A program made the translations under genes and the position numbers. From Epiperipatus broadwayi (taxonomy: Eukaryota; Animalia; Onychophora), in NCBI GenBank assembly GCA_028023455.1, contig JAQFVV010000007.1:6758001-6822000 (forward strand): a stretch of 64,000 nucleotides of DNA, written 5' to 3'. Positions within the stretch are counted from its first letter, which is position 1. Each line of letters starts with the position of its first letter. Positions 9,334 through 22,339 of the stretch are shown piece by piece. The notes under the pieces are model-generated. The model did no database searches. It saw only the letters and a list, made by a program, of their open reading frames with translations, and was not told the origin of the DNA.

Positions 9334-12300
9334 AGAGGACTAGATAGGATTTTATACAAGCTTCTATCCATTGATTGTCTTGTTAGCACAAGATCACTAC
9401 TATATGGTTTTGTGATTTTATTGTTTAATTATATAGAAATCATAGATTAAAATTAAGAATCACTTAAATTTTCAAGGATATTTAGATTCATAATGGGGGA
9501 AGAGGATGAAATTTATTGTGGATGTATGTATAAATAATTCACATACCCAATGCAATCCTGGAATCAGGGATTTAATGATAGTCTAGTTATATCGCAATCA
9601 TCTTGTTAAAATATCTTAAAATTTTCATTGATTTCCTAGTTAAATAAAATACTCAGGTCATTAGTTGCTCAAGAAGTCATGTGATGATTGAACACTGAAA
9701 TAGTGGAATGAGATAGTAGTTATATTCAAGTCAGCAAACTGTTTTTTTTATTTTAATAATCTGAGACTCAAACTAGGAATCCATATCTTTGGATCCAATG
9801 CTTTATGTCCTAAGCTAATTTGCACAGTACTGCTTTTCTTATCAATAACATATGGTGAAATAAAAAATAAACCTATTTAAAATTTTTGCAACTTTTTATA
9901 GTATATATATATATATTGAAACAATCAGATCTATCTATCAGTCTGTTTCACCTACTATATTCTATAGTATTTTTTCTCTAGCTATATACCCAAGTTCGCA
10001 TATATCAGATTAAATGTAAACTTTATTATTGAAATAATCATGTGTGTGTGTATATAATAACGTACTTTGTTCAACGCTTATGATTATGTATAATAAATCA
10101 GTGTATACGCACCTATGTAATATTATTTTTTAATAAATGTAAACCTTGCTGTGTGTGTAACAAAGAACATACATATATGCAGAAGATAAATAATGCTATA
10201 GATTTAAAAGCATTATAAACTTTGTTTTATTTTAAATTTTATTATAGAGTTAATGTAGAAATTACATTACTTCGCATATAAAGATAAATTTCAGTTAAAC
10301 GTGTTACACATAGGTAAGATGTTTATAACTTTTAAAATCAGTTGTTAATAATAATAAAAAAACAGATGTGATTAAAAATAATCTGTTCACTCAGTCTTGA
10401 CTTAATTAGCAGTAAGAAGCAAAATGATTTTAAATTAGAATCATGTTAATTAACTAGTGGTCAACATCGAAGGAACTAATTTTAAAAGGGATAAAAAATC
10501 AATAAACCAGCTGGAATTCCTTGCTTTATTAAAAAATTATGGCAAACAGATGGGGGCAGTAAAACTTGGTAAACAAGTTGGGTAGTCGAAAGAGGGGGGG
10601 GGGATATATATATAAACTCAGTTCAGCCATGTTGATGTTACTTATGGCTAAATTCTAATTCACAAACTGACTTACTGCTAAATTTTAATTCCACTACTGC
10701 TGCTGAAGTTTAGTTTTGAGAAGTCTACTAAAATTTCATAATGTGACTCTGTGAGTAGTTTGGTCATAGCTTGCCATCCAGAAACTGAAAGCTGATCTAC
10801 AAGATGTGGAGATATAAAAAGAACTGGTATCCCAGTTGCTGAAGAAATGGAGATGCAAGCCAAGTTCAAGTAACCATGCAAGTAGCCTTACAAGTCATAG
10901 CAGTAACCAATTCCTGCAGATCTTAAAATATTTTAAACTAAACCTAAACTCGTAAAGCTAGATAATTGAATGTAAGTGGCCACTTTATTAAATTAACCTA
11001 TTTAACTCTCCAAATATTAAGTTATAAAATTAAACTAAATGTAGCTTTTTTTTTTTTTTATCTTTTAAATTTGTAAGCCTTGCCTAATTTAACTTAAACT
11101 ATGAGAAAGTAAAGCCAAATTCTAAATTTAACTTATGTGATTAAATAAGTTATTAGTTATTAATTTTCTTTCTTTTAAATTAGGTCTATGCCAACATTAG
11201 TTAAATTATGTATTTGTTTATGCTATGTTTTCCAGAATGGAGTTTGCTAACATAAAATAATTAGTGAGAAATGATTAGATGTTCTCATGAATGTTTAACT
11301 GCTCATTTATTAACACCTATACAAAAATACTTATAAACAAAAACGATATTTCTACAAATACAAATGGAATGAACTGAATATTGAATACAAATACTGCTAC
11401 CCCAGTGAGTGTAAAGAGTATTTATAAAAAAATATACTACTCGAGATAAATTTTGTGATAATTATGCAAACCAACATATAATCCACAAGTATATCTCACA
11501 TATAAAACATGTTGATACATTATTCTGTTTATTAAATATTTTGTAAAGTTTCTTTTAGTTTCTTCTGCAGAACCCCCCCCCCCCCAATATCTTAACAATG
11601 TGTTTAATTGTATTTCTACAATACATTCTATGCTTTATACCATCTTTCCAATGAAAACAATAAGTACTGTCCTTCTTTAAAATGTTTTGAGATAATCTTT
11701 ATAAGATAAATGATGCTTGTCATCTTCCTCAAATGTATAACATTCTTTTAGGAAAACCTTATATTATTCATTTATTCATATGTTCCTATCCAACAAAACA
11801 ATGATTTACCAATGGTGAATTCTACACTATCGTATCTAGCAAGTTGAAGAATATAATTTGACTTATGACTTTTTCATTGTATTTTAAAAAAATTATGAAT
11901 ATAAATTAAAATTGCATTCATTTAGCAGTGGACTTAAATAAAACAATACATAGTAAATGTAGTTACAAAAATCAATTCCTGTATTTACACTGCATTTAAA
12001 CTTTTATAATGCAAAAAAAAACAAAAAAACACATGAATTTGCATACAAAAGTGATTTATTTCTTCTTTATAATCTAAAGGTGAGTGCACTTGTGGTGAAG
12101 TTCATCATAATCATAACTCTTTTAAATTAATTATTGTTGCACATTGTAATATAATTAAGCATGCATTTTTATTCAAATTAGTCCATTTAAATTTATTAGA
12201 TAATTGTATACTGTAATTTCCTTTGTTTATTACATTTCTATAGTGTTAAATTAAAACTCTAATCACTTTTTCCCTTAGAGAAATATTTTCCAAAAATATA

Positions 12301-12848
12301 AGAAAATATTAATCTGTCCCTCCCCCCATGATGCATTTTGACTCAACCAGTGATTTCAGGTGGCCAGAAATTTATTACATCTCAAACAATTTTAGATATT
12401 AGCTCTAAATATCTATAAAAATTTACTTTTACTGAATTTACATCTACTAAATTCATTAAATTACAAATGAAAAATATTATGTAATTTAGATACTAATATA
12501 ACTTATAAAAAAACTTTGGCAATTAGTTTATAAATATAAAATATTATATTTCATAAATTACTAATATTAATTTAAAATCAGTTTTAAAGATTAACTGCTC
12601 CACATAAACTTGTCTTATTAATTGGGGATTTAATTTAACATTAATAGTTATGTGCACATATATATATTTTTAAAAAAAATCAAAGTTTATGAATGTGGAA
12701 AATATACTTAATGTTTAAAATTGACTTAAAGTTATATAATAAAATTAATGAAATTTAGTATTTCATGTTTGTAATGTGATTATGGAAGCTTATTTTTGTT
12801 AATATCCAAACGATATAAAATTGTTTAAAAGAATAAAACCTGCAATTG

Positions 12849-12850
<2 letters not shown>

Positions 12851-12916
<66 letters not shown>
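12851..12916. repeat. (AT)n microsatellite
   Basis: Pure AT dinucleotide run of about 33 units. Confidence 0.98.
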
Positions 12917-12922
<6 letters not shown>

Positions 12923-12944
12923 TTTGGGAAACCTCTCATTTTAT

Positions 12945-13225
12945 CTAATATTAACTTAAAATTAATAGGTGAAAAACTGAGGGAAATAAACATTTTGATA
13001 AGCCTCATATTGTGAATGCTGAACTACTTCAAGTTGAATCTCATTTCTCATCTCGCATTGAGTCACATTATTGTTTGAGATCTAACAATTTTTCTTTCAA
13101 AAGTTAACCTTGATAATGGCGGTTGCTAGTCTGTCAAAATATTGGACTGTAATGCAAAATAATACATGGTTTATTCCCAAAAATATTAATTTATGTACAT
13201 CATACAATCGCGAAATAAATATTAT
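12945..13225 (+). mobile_element. Family E element (direct arm + tail) with variant HHR core
   Basis: Homologous to 44221-44500. Contains CC TTGATAA T GGCGG..CTGTC AAAA TATT GG at 13108-13145. Confidence 0.7.
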
Positions 13226-13333
13226 ATATATACATTATGCAGCTGCAAAAGGTTTTTTTAACCATCAGAAAGAAGTCTTTTTGATTCCTCTTTATGACTA
13301 TAAAATACTGGGCATAGAAAATCCAAATGACTA

Positions 13334-13700
13334 TTATATATAAACAAAGAACTCTGCTAATTGCTTAACAAGCTTTGCGATAAACGCTTAGCAAGAGAAA
13401 GCATTTAAAATATCTCTATCAGAAACCACACCCAAATCCCTGACCAATGGTTTTGTGCTTTGGCACTCCTCAGAGAGGTGCTAGGATAGTTTCAGACATT
13501 AGATCTAAAAATATCACCCCAAAGCCAGAATTTATCTAAGAGTTAACTATTGAGTAGAAAATCTGAAATTTTCAGACACTTAAATGTCTTCAAACAGGCT
13601 ATCTAACTCAAAGAGCTATATGGGGCTGAGAGATCTTCAGCCAAACCATATATTAATAGTCTTAGCAATATAACATCACATAAGACTTAAAGCAAAGACT
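13334..13700 (-). mobile_element. Family B copy (single arm) with HHR motif
   Basis: Collinear with 1707-2030. Minus strand reads CTGAGGA GTGC-CAAA-GCAC AAAA CC-ATT-GG TC at 13473-13442 (G12->A). Confidence 0.75.
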
Positions 13701-13922
13701 ATAAATAGTCAATAAAAATATTATATATGTTCAAGTCATTGGAAACATTATTACCAAGTGATTTTTTGTAGATGGTACATGAACATGGATAAACTATTTG
13801 TCAACAAGTATTAGCCAGCTTGGTGAGTTTACTGCTAGTTAGGATTTTTTTAAAGGTGGTATTAAAGGTTGAATGTGTATGTGTCTGTGTGAGTCATGAC
13901 AAAAATAAATTATAGCTCTCAT

Positions 13923-14298
13923 TATATAATATATAGGTTATATGAGCACAGACTTTCACACGACCCACCACTCTCCATTCTATCTAATAACACTGATACA
14001 CTTAAACACATATACATTGAATGGATGGTTGAAGAGTTGGAGTGTGGAATAGATTGTAGCCTGTTCATTAAAGTATGAGGATTGTCTATCTTAATATCTA
14101 TCTGAGCACTTATAGTATATATGTGTGGAGATGATAATCTGGACCAACTGATGATTTCTGGTTTAGCATGAAATACGTATATTGGTGATTATTGATCTTT
14201 TCAACATATATGTGTTTAAGTGTATCAGTGTTATTAGATAGAGTGGAGAGTGGTAGGTCGTGTGACAGTCTGTGCTCATATACCCTATATATTACATA
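13923..14298 (+). mobile_element. Family D hairpin element enclosing an HHR
   Basis: ~90-bp inverted arms at 13923-14014 and 14207-14298, with an HHR in the spacer. Confidence 0.8.
14134..14192 (+). ncRNA. Type I hammerhead ribozyme motif (core intact)
   Basis: ATAATC-TGG-ACCAA CTGATGA TTTCTGGTTTAGCAT GAAA TACGTATA TTGGT-GATTAT. Helix I is 5+6 bp, helix III is the palindrome ATACGTAT, and the predicted AUA cut follows 14181. Confidence 0.8.
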
Positions 14299-14599
14299 TA
14301 TTTACCCACAGGTATATAATAAGCCTGTGTTTCAGTTATTAGCTTTCATTATCTAAATTCTGTTGTATTTTTAGCCAAGTTGGCTTTTGGTGAAGAAAAA
14401 CATTGAGGGCTACAAATCCCTTGACTATGAACCAAGTAATCTTTCAATGATGACATCATCATTGAATAAAAAAGGATTGCATACATTAAAAGAAATCTGC
14501 CAAATTAAACAGAAAATTGTCAGACATTGTAAACTTAAAAAAACCCAATGAATTAAAAGTATTCACACATTTCATTATAAAGATGCAAATAATGGAAAC

Positions 14600-15130
14600 A
14601 CAAACTGAATGGATCCATTATAAATAAAAAATTATAGAACATCATATATCAGACAGAATGGCAAGACTATTTATTTAACTTAATGGAAGATTCTAGGTGC
14701 AGACAGTTTAAGTTTATGTATCAACAAATTCTCAGTGTGATGAAGAAACAGAGGATTTTTATATGGACATTCAAAATGCTTTGATCAGGACAAATAGCAT
14801 TTTAAAATTATCATGAAAGACTTTCATACTAGAATTGGTAAAAAATTAAAAAATGTAAAAATTGCAAATAAATTTGCTCAGGGAGACAGAAATGGAAGTG
14901 GACACAGATTTTGGGAATTTGCAAAACAAAACAAAAGTCCAGTATATCATGAATTTCTTTGCACCATTTTAATAATGGAAGCATCAACACAAAGGTACAG
15001 CAGAATTGGATTATATTTTGATCATAAAAACTATTTTAAGACTGCAGTGTACTTAAAAGATTAAAGGTAGGAATTAATAACTGATTAGTGAGAGTTAAAA
15101 TATATATTGAAGCACAGCTAGACAGACAAG
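14600..15130 (+). pseudogene. Decayed RTE-clade APE endonuclease fragment
   Basis: Frameshifted translation gives VYVST..QCDEETEDFY, IIMKDFHTRIGK (GDFNAKIG motif), GDRNGSGHRFWEFAKQN and ELDYIL. Confidence 0.75.
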
Positions 15131-16499
15131 TTATTAAAAACAACAGTATTAACAGTTACTATCTCTCAACATCAGAAATAATCTAATACATTTAAGTCAC
15201 CTGCATCATCATCACTAAATCAATGTGTGTTATATGGGAAAACACTTCTGCTATTCATCAGAAAAATTTTAAGATGCTAGCATGACTGAATAATGAGTTA
15301 TAAGATGAAATGGGATTGGATTTTGAAACTTATCCCACAAAAGATTAACCTATTAACTTTAAATTTTGTTCAGATTAAAGTAAAATGTTACTTCAATATT
15401 TTTGTATATGGCAGTAAATTCATGAATCGCAAAAATGTTTTCAAATAGTTTGCAAAATTTTGTGATGGCAGGTAGAGAAGATGACAAACTACAAAGCATA
15501 CCATCATGCTTCATGTTATAATTCATAACCCAGACATGCCAACACTTCAAAATTTTTATGATGAATAGCCAAACTATCATATGTATTGATTCAGAGATGG
15601 CGCTGCAGGATAATGGTGAGCGAACTGGTTTCTGACACATCCTGTTGTGTATACACTTACATAACGGAAATATAAACTCATAGTAAAAAACTGTAAATGA
15701 AAAAATATTTTATAAGTGATTATTTATTATTAAACAATCTTCTGTGATAACAGAGATTCTGAGCACACGATGCTTTTAAAATTATAAAAACTGTTTATTT
15801 GGTTTTTAAGACTAACATAAACAGATGGATACCATTTTAAATTTCTTCTAACTCGTGATCAATTTTTTTTTTTATTTATTACATTTCTGTCTTCACTAAA
15901 ATAATACTCATCAATAATTAATTCAGGAAAGCAAACTTACATAAGCAATAAAAAAAAAATATAATAAAAAATAAGTTTCGAAATGTGTTAATGTGTATAT
16001 ATTTTCCTATTTATTTATTTTTTTATCTTTAGTATATATTTACATCTTCAGCCTGAAGACAGATTGTTATTTTATTTTTAAGACAATTTTTATTTCAGCA
16101 TCCTATATTAGAATTTCATCTTTAACTGTAATTTTCAGAGCTCAAGGTCTAAAATAATAGGCTCATTCACTATTAATGTGCAATAAAAATATCTTTACAA
16201 CATATGTATATATATCCACACACAAACTATGTTCATCTTTACAATGTATGTACCCACGCAGCTGCTACAATCAAAAAGTGACCGATTCTTTTTTCAAGCT
16301 ACCTGAAGGACCAACTCTAAATCAGTGAATGTGTTACATAGCAACATATTTTTACTATTCACAGAAAAAAATTAAAAAGGTTAACGTCTGGATCATGACT
16401 TATGACATAAAATGTGAAATATCTTTCATACCTTAATCCACAATGGAACAACAACAACGTATTAAATTTTGTTTAAATTAAATAAAACCAGCGATGAAA

Positions 16500-17073
16500 T
16501 GTTTGAAATATTCATATGAAATCATCAAATATCACATAATCACCATTCTATAGGTTGATTACTCGGGTTTGCACTGAGTGGTGCTATTGTACAGAGAGTT
16601 TTGCCTCTGTGAAATATTTGTATGGCAGCAAAACCAAAAATCACAAGAATTTTCATATGATTTACAATATTTTGTGATGCAGAGAGGGCATAAGCATATA
16701 AAATGCACTGCCACATTTCATGTCATAAATTATGATACAATTAAATGCATTGATTTTAGAGATGTCATTATAAGTAGCTTGAAGAATCAGTCATCTTTTC
16801 ATCAGAACATTATTATATTTTCATTTTGGACTCATAGTTTTATAGTTAACTAAAAACATAAAAAGTGGCTGCTCAAAGGTTGCATTGAATACTAAGATCT
16901 GGGTGCAGTTCTCTCGATCCAAGGCTTATAACTGATGAAATCCACAGGTTAGAAACTAGTCTGGGATATTGAATGAGTTGGCACTAGATGGGGATTTTCT
17001 GCACAAACCTTCTTGCATTCATTGATAACTCTGGCTTGCTCTGGGTGGCACTGCTAGAGTTTGCCTCTGTTCC
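16500..17073 (+). mobile_element. Dispersed family C-related copy, ~1.15 monomers
   Basis: Terminal direct repeat GCCTCTGT at 16603 and 17063 (period 460). HHR core CTGATGA 16932-16938 ... GAAACTAGTC 16952-16961; helix I has decayed. Short inverted family-C piece at ~16500-16545. Confidence 0.75.
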
Positions 17074-19582
17074 TATATAATATATAAATGTATATTAAAT
17101 AAATTGTATGTTTAATTAAAAATGTAATTCTATTTGTAATACAATTAATCTTTTAATCAAAAAAATGGTTAATCAAAACTGTCATAAATTGAAGCTTTGT
17201 GAAAAGTCAACTAAGAGAAGTGCATTTCTTTTTAAAAGGAAATATCAGTTACTTTGAAATTACATGTGGCAAAGGAAATTTTATATGGTACATGAATTCT
17301 TGCTTAGGCAGCCATATTAGGAATTCTACCACCTTGAACAAGTGTAGAATGACTTTAAAAAGATAGTCTAAAATAATCTGCTTACTGATACCTGTTTATT
17401 ATTCTATTAGATGGGTAGTTATAATATCAGTAAATATAGAAATAGTAATTTTAATAAAGATAAATAAATATTTTTTAATCATAGGTATATAGATTATGCA
17501 AATTTTTCTGGATGCAAATTCATAGGATATGAAGTCAGTTAATGAATTACTGAAATTTATTTTCAGCATAACTGTTTTTAATAAAACTTATCTTTCAATG
17601 CAAAAAAAATTAATTAAACAGATAAATAGTTCAAGTGTTTTTGCAAAGACAGTTTACAAAAAGAAACAGGATGGTGTTAAATTTTCAGAAAGTTCTAATT
17701 TAATGTCTTCTTAGATATATTAAACAATCTCCATACTTTCCCATTCTTTTTTAAATTCATATAAATAAAGGTAAAATAAAAGATAAATAACCTCTAAGAT
17801 GCATTTAGTGCTGAATTCACAAATATACAAATTTTAAGGCAGAAAGGTATCTGTGTCATTTTATTAGTACTTATGATCTCACAAGGCATATAGCAAGTTC
17901 AAAAAATAATAATAAAAAAGCATTGATTCCTTGGTGAATAATATTCTTGTATCAAATTAAATACCTTAAAGTTGGATTTTTTTTAGACAACAGTAATGGT
18001 TTTCTTTATTAATTGATTTTTCTATAGCACATAGATTGTCTATCACAAACACTATATATAGAATATTAAAAGTGAATGGAAAAATCAATTTTAAAACAAT
18101 TGCATTTTATGGACTTATGTAATAATTAGATAATTTAGAATGAGTTGTTTATTTATCTAGTGCCAAGTTTAATTTGCAAGTTATTAGAAAATCACCCCTC
18201 TACATATGTGCTGTAGGGATTTATAACACTTGAAAAATACTCTCTATTCCTAAACACAAGATAAAGTCTTTTGAAAAGATAAGATCAATACACCTTATTT
18301 TTTTTATCTAAACATATATGTATAGGCAAAACAAAAGCATTTAGAAATAAGAGTGTGAAGATCTTAATTAATCACTTTTAATTTCATTCACTATGTCTTA
18401 ATAAATGATGTTTGCAAGATTATTACAATTTATTGCATGTCAAAATGAATCAATATTATATAAACAGATACAAGACAGATTGAAGGACAAACTGAAAATT
18501 AGTGTCACTTCAAACTTAAAATAATAAAAGCATTAAACAAGAACTGCAAGCATATTGAAACTAAATTTGATACTCAGTCTTTAAAAATGTTTTGTGACCA
18601 TTATGTAACCAAATTATAACTATTTGGATGATTATGTTTGTGATAGAACAGTATACATAAATGCATTATGTATTGTTTTTGAGTTGAGACAATGGTTGTT
18701 TTACAATAGTGTGTTGAAACCGCTGGAGGGTGTTATTTCTGTGATAGTGCATAGAAATATGCCATTTAGGTGGCCTACCACCGCTAGCAAATGTTCTATT
18801 TCTAATGCATAAGCCTAAAAATAGTCCATTGTACGGGGTGGCTGTTGTGTCTATTTCTATGCTAATAGCACAGAAACATGACATTTAATTGGCCACAGAA
18901 GCTATCGTGTCAGCTTACAGCTCAGATTTGGGCTAAGCATTTTTGATGTGCGATCACATTTCACTTTTGGCTACAGTATTGTGTGAGGGTGTCTGGAATT
19001 TCTGATTGTCAAAACTTTTAATATTCATTAAGACCACCTCCCCCTCTATCTCCCATCTTTTAGAAATGTCTACTAACAATTATCAGCAGAGTCTCATGCT
19101 TCCCTAGCCCACCTTTCCTGCTCAAAAAATTTGGCAAGTGTAGATGCAAGTGCGATTCGGATGAAATCACACTCTAAGTCACGTTTCTGTGAGAACAACG
19201 GTGAGCTTCATCAAATGACTGAAATAGGAAACTTGCTCTGAATGTCAAAGATTCTCTGACTGATGCTGGAAGGGTTATCAAACAAAAGAGCTTGAAGCTG
19301 CATGGGTGCTGTTCCTAAACAGCCCTAAAAGTTGGTTTTAATTGCCATAAATATATTTATGTTTTTGGTAATTATGGTAAAAAGTTGGTCAACCTTCGAG
19401 TTGGAATGTTCCGTTCGCTTAGGAATTGTAACCACCCACCCCCACCCCCCTTCCCAAAGTTGGACCTTTTGGTTGTAAATGTTTTACCGTTAAATGGAAA
19501 TCGATTTATTTGTAATTTATTATAAAACAACAAAAATATAAAAAAGAAAAGAAGCTGATTTTGTAAAATACCCAACTGCCAA

Positions 19583-19873
19583 AAAATGTAAGTAATGAGA
19601 AGAATAAAAAGTAACTACTTTTTAAAATTCATTTCGATTGATGAACCCTTTTTTTCGTTCAAAAATTTTATTTGATAGATAGTAGTTTTAAATATGATCA
19701 ATAAAATCAAAAACATACATATAACCCCCCCCCAGCCCCCCAAAAATATAAGTAATGAAAAGAATAACAAAAAAAATTAAGTCCTTTTTTAAATTCAATT
19801 ATTTGATTTCTGCATTTTTTTTTTGTTGTGTGTTCAAAAATTTATTTGATATTAACTTTGAAATATGATAATA
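19583..19873. repeat. Imperfect tandem duplication (~160-170 bp period)
   Basis: AAGTAATGA.AAGAATAA ... GTTCAAAAATTT.ATTTGATA ... AAATATGAT occurs twice. Confidence 0.6.
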
Positions 19874-21608
19874 AACAAACCTGGCGGCGGCCCTGGCAAC
19901 ATTATATTTATCTTTGTTTACAAACAAACCCGCCCTCTGATGGTTTCAACATGCTATTATAAAACAACCGAGACAATAATAGATTATGAAATAACATTTG
20001 ACACTAATGCTATGTTTTTTGTTGAAATTCTTCCATTATTTTATCCTTTATGAATTATTATGCATTAAGATTAAAATGATAATAACATATTACACATAGG
20101 CCTGATCACAAACACAATAGCAAAAAAAATGTTATCCTTGTATTATCTAAATTTAGACATGTGTCAAAAACAAAATTGCCAATTTGGATTCTCACACTGG
20201 TCAGATGATTGAGATAAGAAAGTCTTAAAGAGTATATTGAGGATATTAGATAATTAGTGATGATTAGAAAGAGATCATGTGACAATTTTTTGCTTAGTTA
20301 AATAATAATGTAATGAAGATGTCATAAGCAAAATAAGGATTTGAAATCAGAATGACAAAACTTATGAATGGTGGATTAAAACTACAATGGATATAAAATT
20401 ATTCCATGATTATCATCACATTAAATCTTTTCAATGTGTAGAAGTAATGCATAGATCTGAAAATGATATATTCATATTTAGTCAAGAAGAGATACTGCTG
20501 ATATTTTAAAGAGATAGGGAGAGATTTAAATGGTAGTTTTTAATATGTCTTAATTGATTAAAGAATCCCTTTAAATTCAATATTCACTAGTGTAAAAGAC
20601 CCAGGGTTGATCCCATGCTATCATTCTCACAGGTAAGGCCAGCAACCCTAGAAAAAATGAAAAGAACAATACCACCCAAAACATTGTTATACATTAACCT
20701 GTGTGCTCTTAATAACAGTTGAATTAATTTGAAAAGATGAAACCAAGTTTGAATTTGTCCAAAATCTTTAGCAATTTATTGCAGATGGCAGAAATACAGA
20801 TTTAGCCACAAATTTATTGCTTGGTAAGATTACAACAAATTTTTGTTATATTAAAATTGAAAAAGTTGTGGAACTTAATTTGATATCTACAGTAATGGTA
20901 AATTTGCTTCAGAACAGTTGAAATTTTTTTAAAAAAATGCATGAAAAATATTTTAAATAAAGAGAGAAGACATGCAATTAAATCTATGCAAAATAGAAAA
21001 ATCTCTTATAAAGAACTGAATTATTATTGATTTTTTAAAAACAACAGCTAAAGCAACAGAGACATTAAAAACAAACAAACAAGATATCTGATTCATGAAA
21101 GTAAAGGACTTTGTATGAGAAATCTAGAAAAAGTGCTGAAGTTAACTTTTTTGTACAGCCATCTATTAAGATTTTTTTTTAAAAAAAGTTATGAAGTTCA
21201 TATAATTATCCCCAAAAATCTAAGTGTCAGATAATTTAAAATGCGGTGACTTCAAAGATGTTTGATGTGCTTTGACAGTTTTGAGGAATTTTCCTTATTG
21301 TTTTCACATTTCATGTGCTTTGCAAAGTTAAGAAAAAAAATTTTTAGAATACTAAAAATTTGATTTTTTTGTATGGTTTAATATTCACAATTATTTTTGC
21401 ATAACAATTGTATAATAATGATTAAAAATCAAAAATATACATAATTGCACACTTATTTTAAATGCATATGTTTTGTTTTTTAAAAATAGAACATAGTAAG
21501 TGCTAGCATAACATTAACAAAACAAATTATGGAGTTTTGATAAACATATCTTGTAAAACTGATCACTAACATATCATCACTGACTATCTGTTAAAATATA
21601 TTGTAATA

Positions 21609-21711
21609 GTCAAGCATTGGTCGAGAGGTCAGCGACAGCTGCTTTACAAGCAGTTGTCCTGGGTTAGTGGATTCGCTTCCCGACTGATGCTATGACACAT
21701 GAGAAAAAAAA
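21609..21711 (+). mobile_element. Short tRNA-derived SINE or retroposed tRNA-like pseudogene
   Basis: A-box-like TGGTCGAGAGG, anticodon-arm-like CTGCTTTACAAGCAG, interrupted B-box, A-rich end. 11-bp TSD ATATTGTAATA (21598-21608 / 21712-21722). Confidence 0.75.
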
Positions 21712-22339
21712 ATATTGTAATATAAAAAATTGATATTTAAAGCATAATTTGATAAATTTATCAGATATTGATTACATTTTCATTATATTTTAAACAATAA
21801 AAAAAGAATTGTTGATTTTATCAAATCAATCTATTTCTCCTGACTATTGAATGATAACATTGTTTTTATTTTGTTTGATTTTTTCAATATTTTCAAAGTT
21901 CAAATATACTTTTTTTAAATTTATTTCATTTGTTTTTCTCATTTTGCCTTATGAGTGAACTCCCCATGATATTTTGGTAAACTAATGTATAATGAATTCA
22001 TAGCCAAGTTATTTTCCTTTAGGTAGATAATCCCCACATATAAATAAAAATTATTAATTTACTTGTAAATTAAAATGAGAAGTTTTATTAATTTTTTAAA
22101 TCTAGGTAAAGAAAATTATTCTACTTAATTATCAAAATAAATTTACTTAATCACAACTTGAAAAATGAAACCATCAAAAATAATAATTGAAATATTACCT
22201 TACAATAATAAATAATTTAATTATGTAATCAGACTTTCATTTATTGGAAGAAATATTTGTTTCTTAAAGAATATGGTATCAGATGGCTATAAATTTCTTT
22301 TCTATTGTTAGAAGGCATAACAATGTAAAAAAAGTTGAA

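Larger units (their letters stand above)
6827..9420. mobile_element. Palindromic tandem array of a ~420-445-nt HHR-containing monomer (family C, retrozyme-like)
   Basis: ~2.6 units in one orientation (marker CCTAGATCTT at 6998, 7428, 7848). Inversion at ~7921. ~3.5 units in the opposite orientation (GATCCTAAGATCTAG at 7933, 8366, 8806, 9249). 13-bp TSD TTGTTTAATTATA at 6814-6826 and 9421-9433. HHR cores at 6948-6973, 7371-7398, 7799-7824 (minus) and 7975-7999, 8409-8434, 8845-8873, 9291-9319 (plus). Confidence 0.9.

Noticed and set aside
6827-9420. CRISPR array or protein-coding repeat (ORF 7446-7658)
   Set aside because: Units are ~430 nt with no unique spacers, and indels break frames between units.
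10678-10881. ORF in a locally higher-GC patch with a nearby GTAAGT
   Set aside because: No frame is open from acceptor to donor, and no motif is recognised.
12799-13015. Two ORFs with IY repeats
   Set aside because: These are translations of the (AT)n microsatellite.
15661-15690. 30-nt minus-strand micro-exon with good splice sites
   Set aside because: Such sites arise by chance in AT-rich DNA, and nothing else supports it.
16270-16324. Possible plus-strand exon (CYNQKVTDSFFKLPEGPTLN)
   Set aside because: Weak acceptor and donor, no partner exons and no recognised homology.
18624-19575. Short ORFs in a GC-richer patch
   Set aside because: No recognisable motifs or splice structure, and lengths are compatible with chance.
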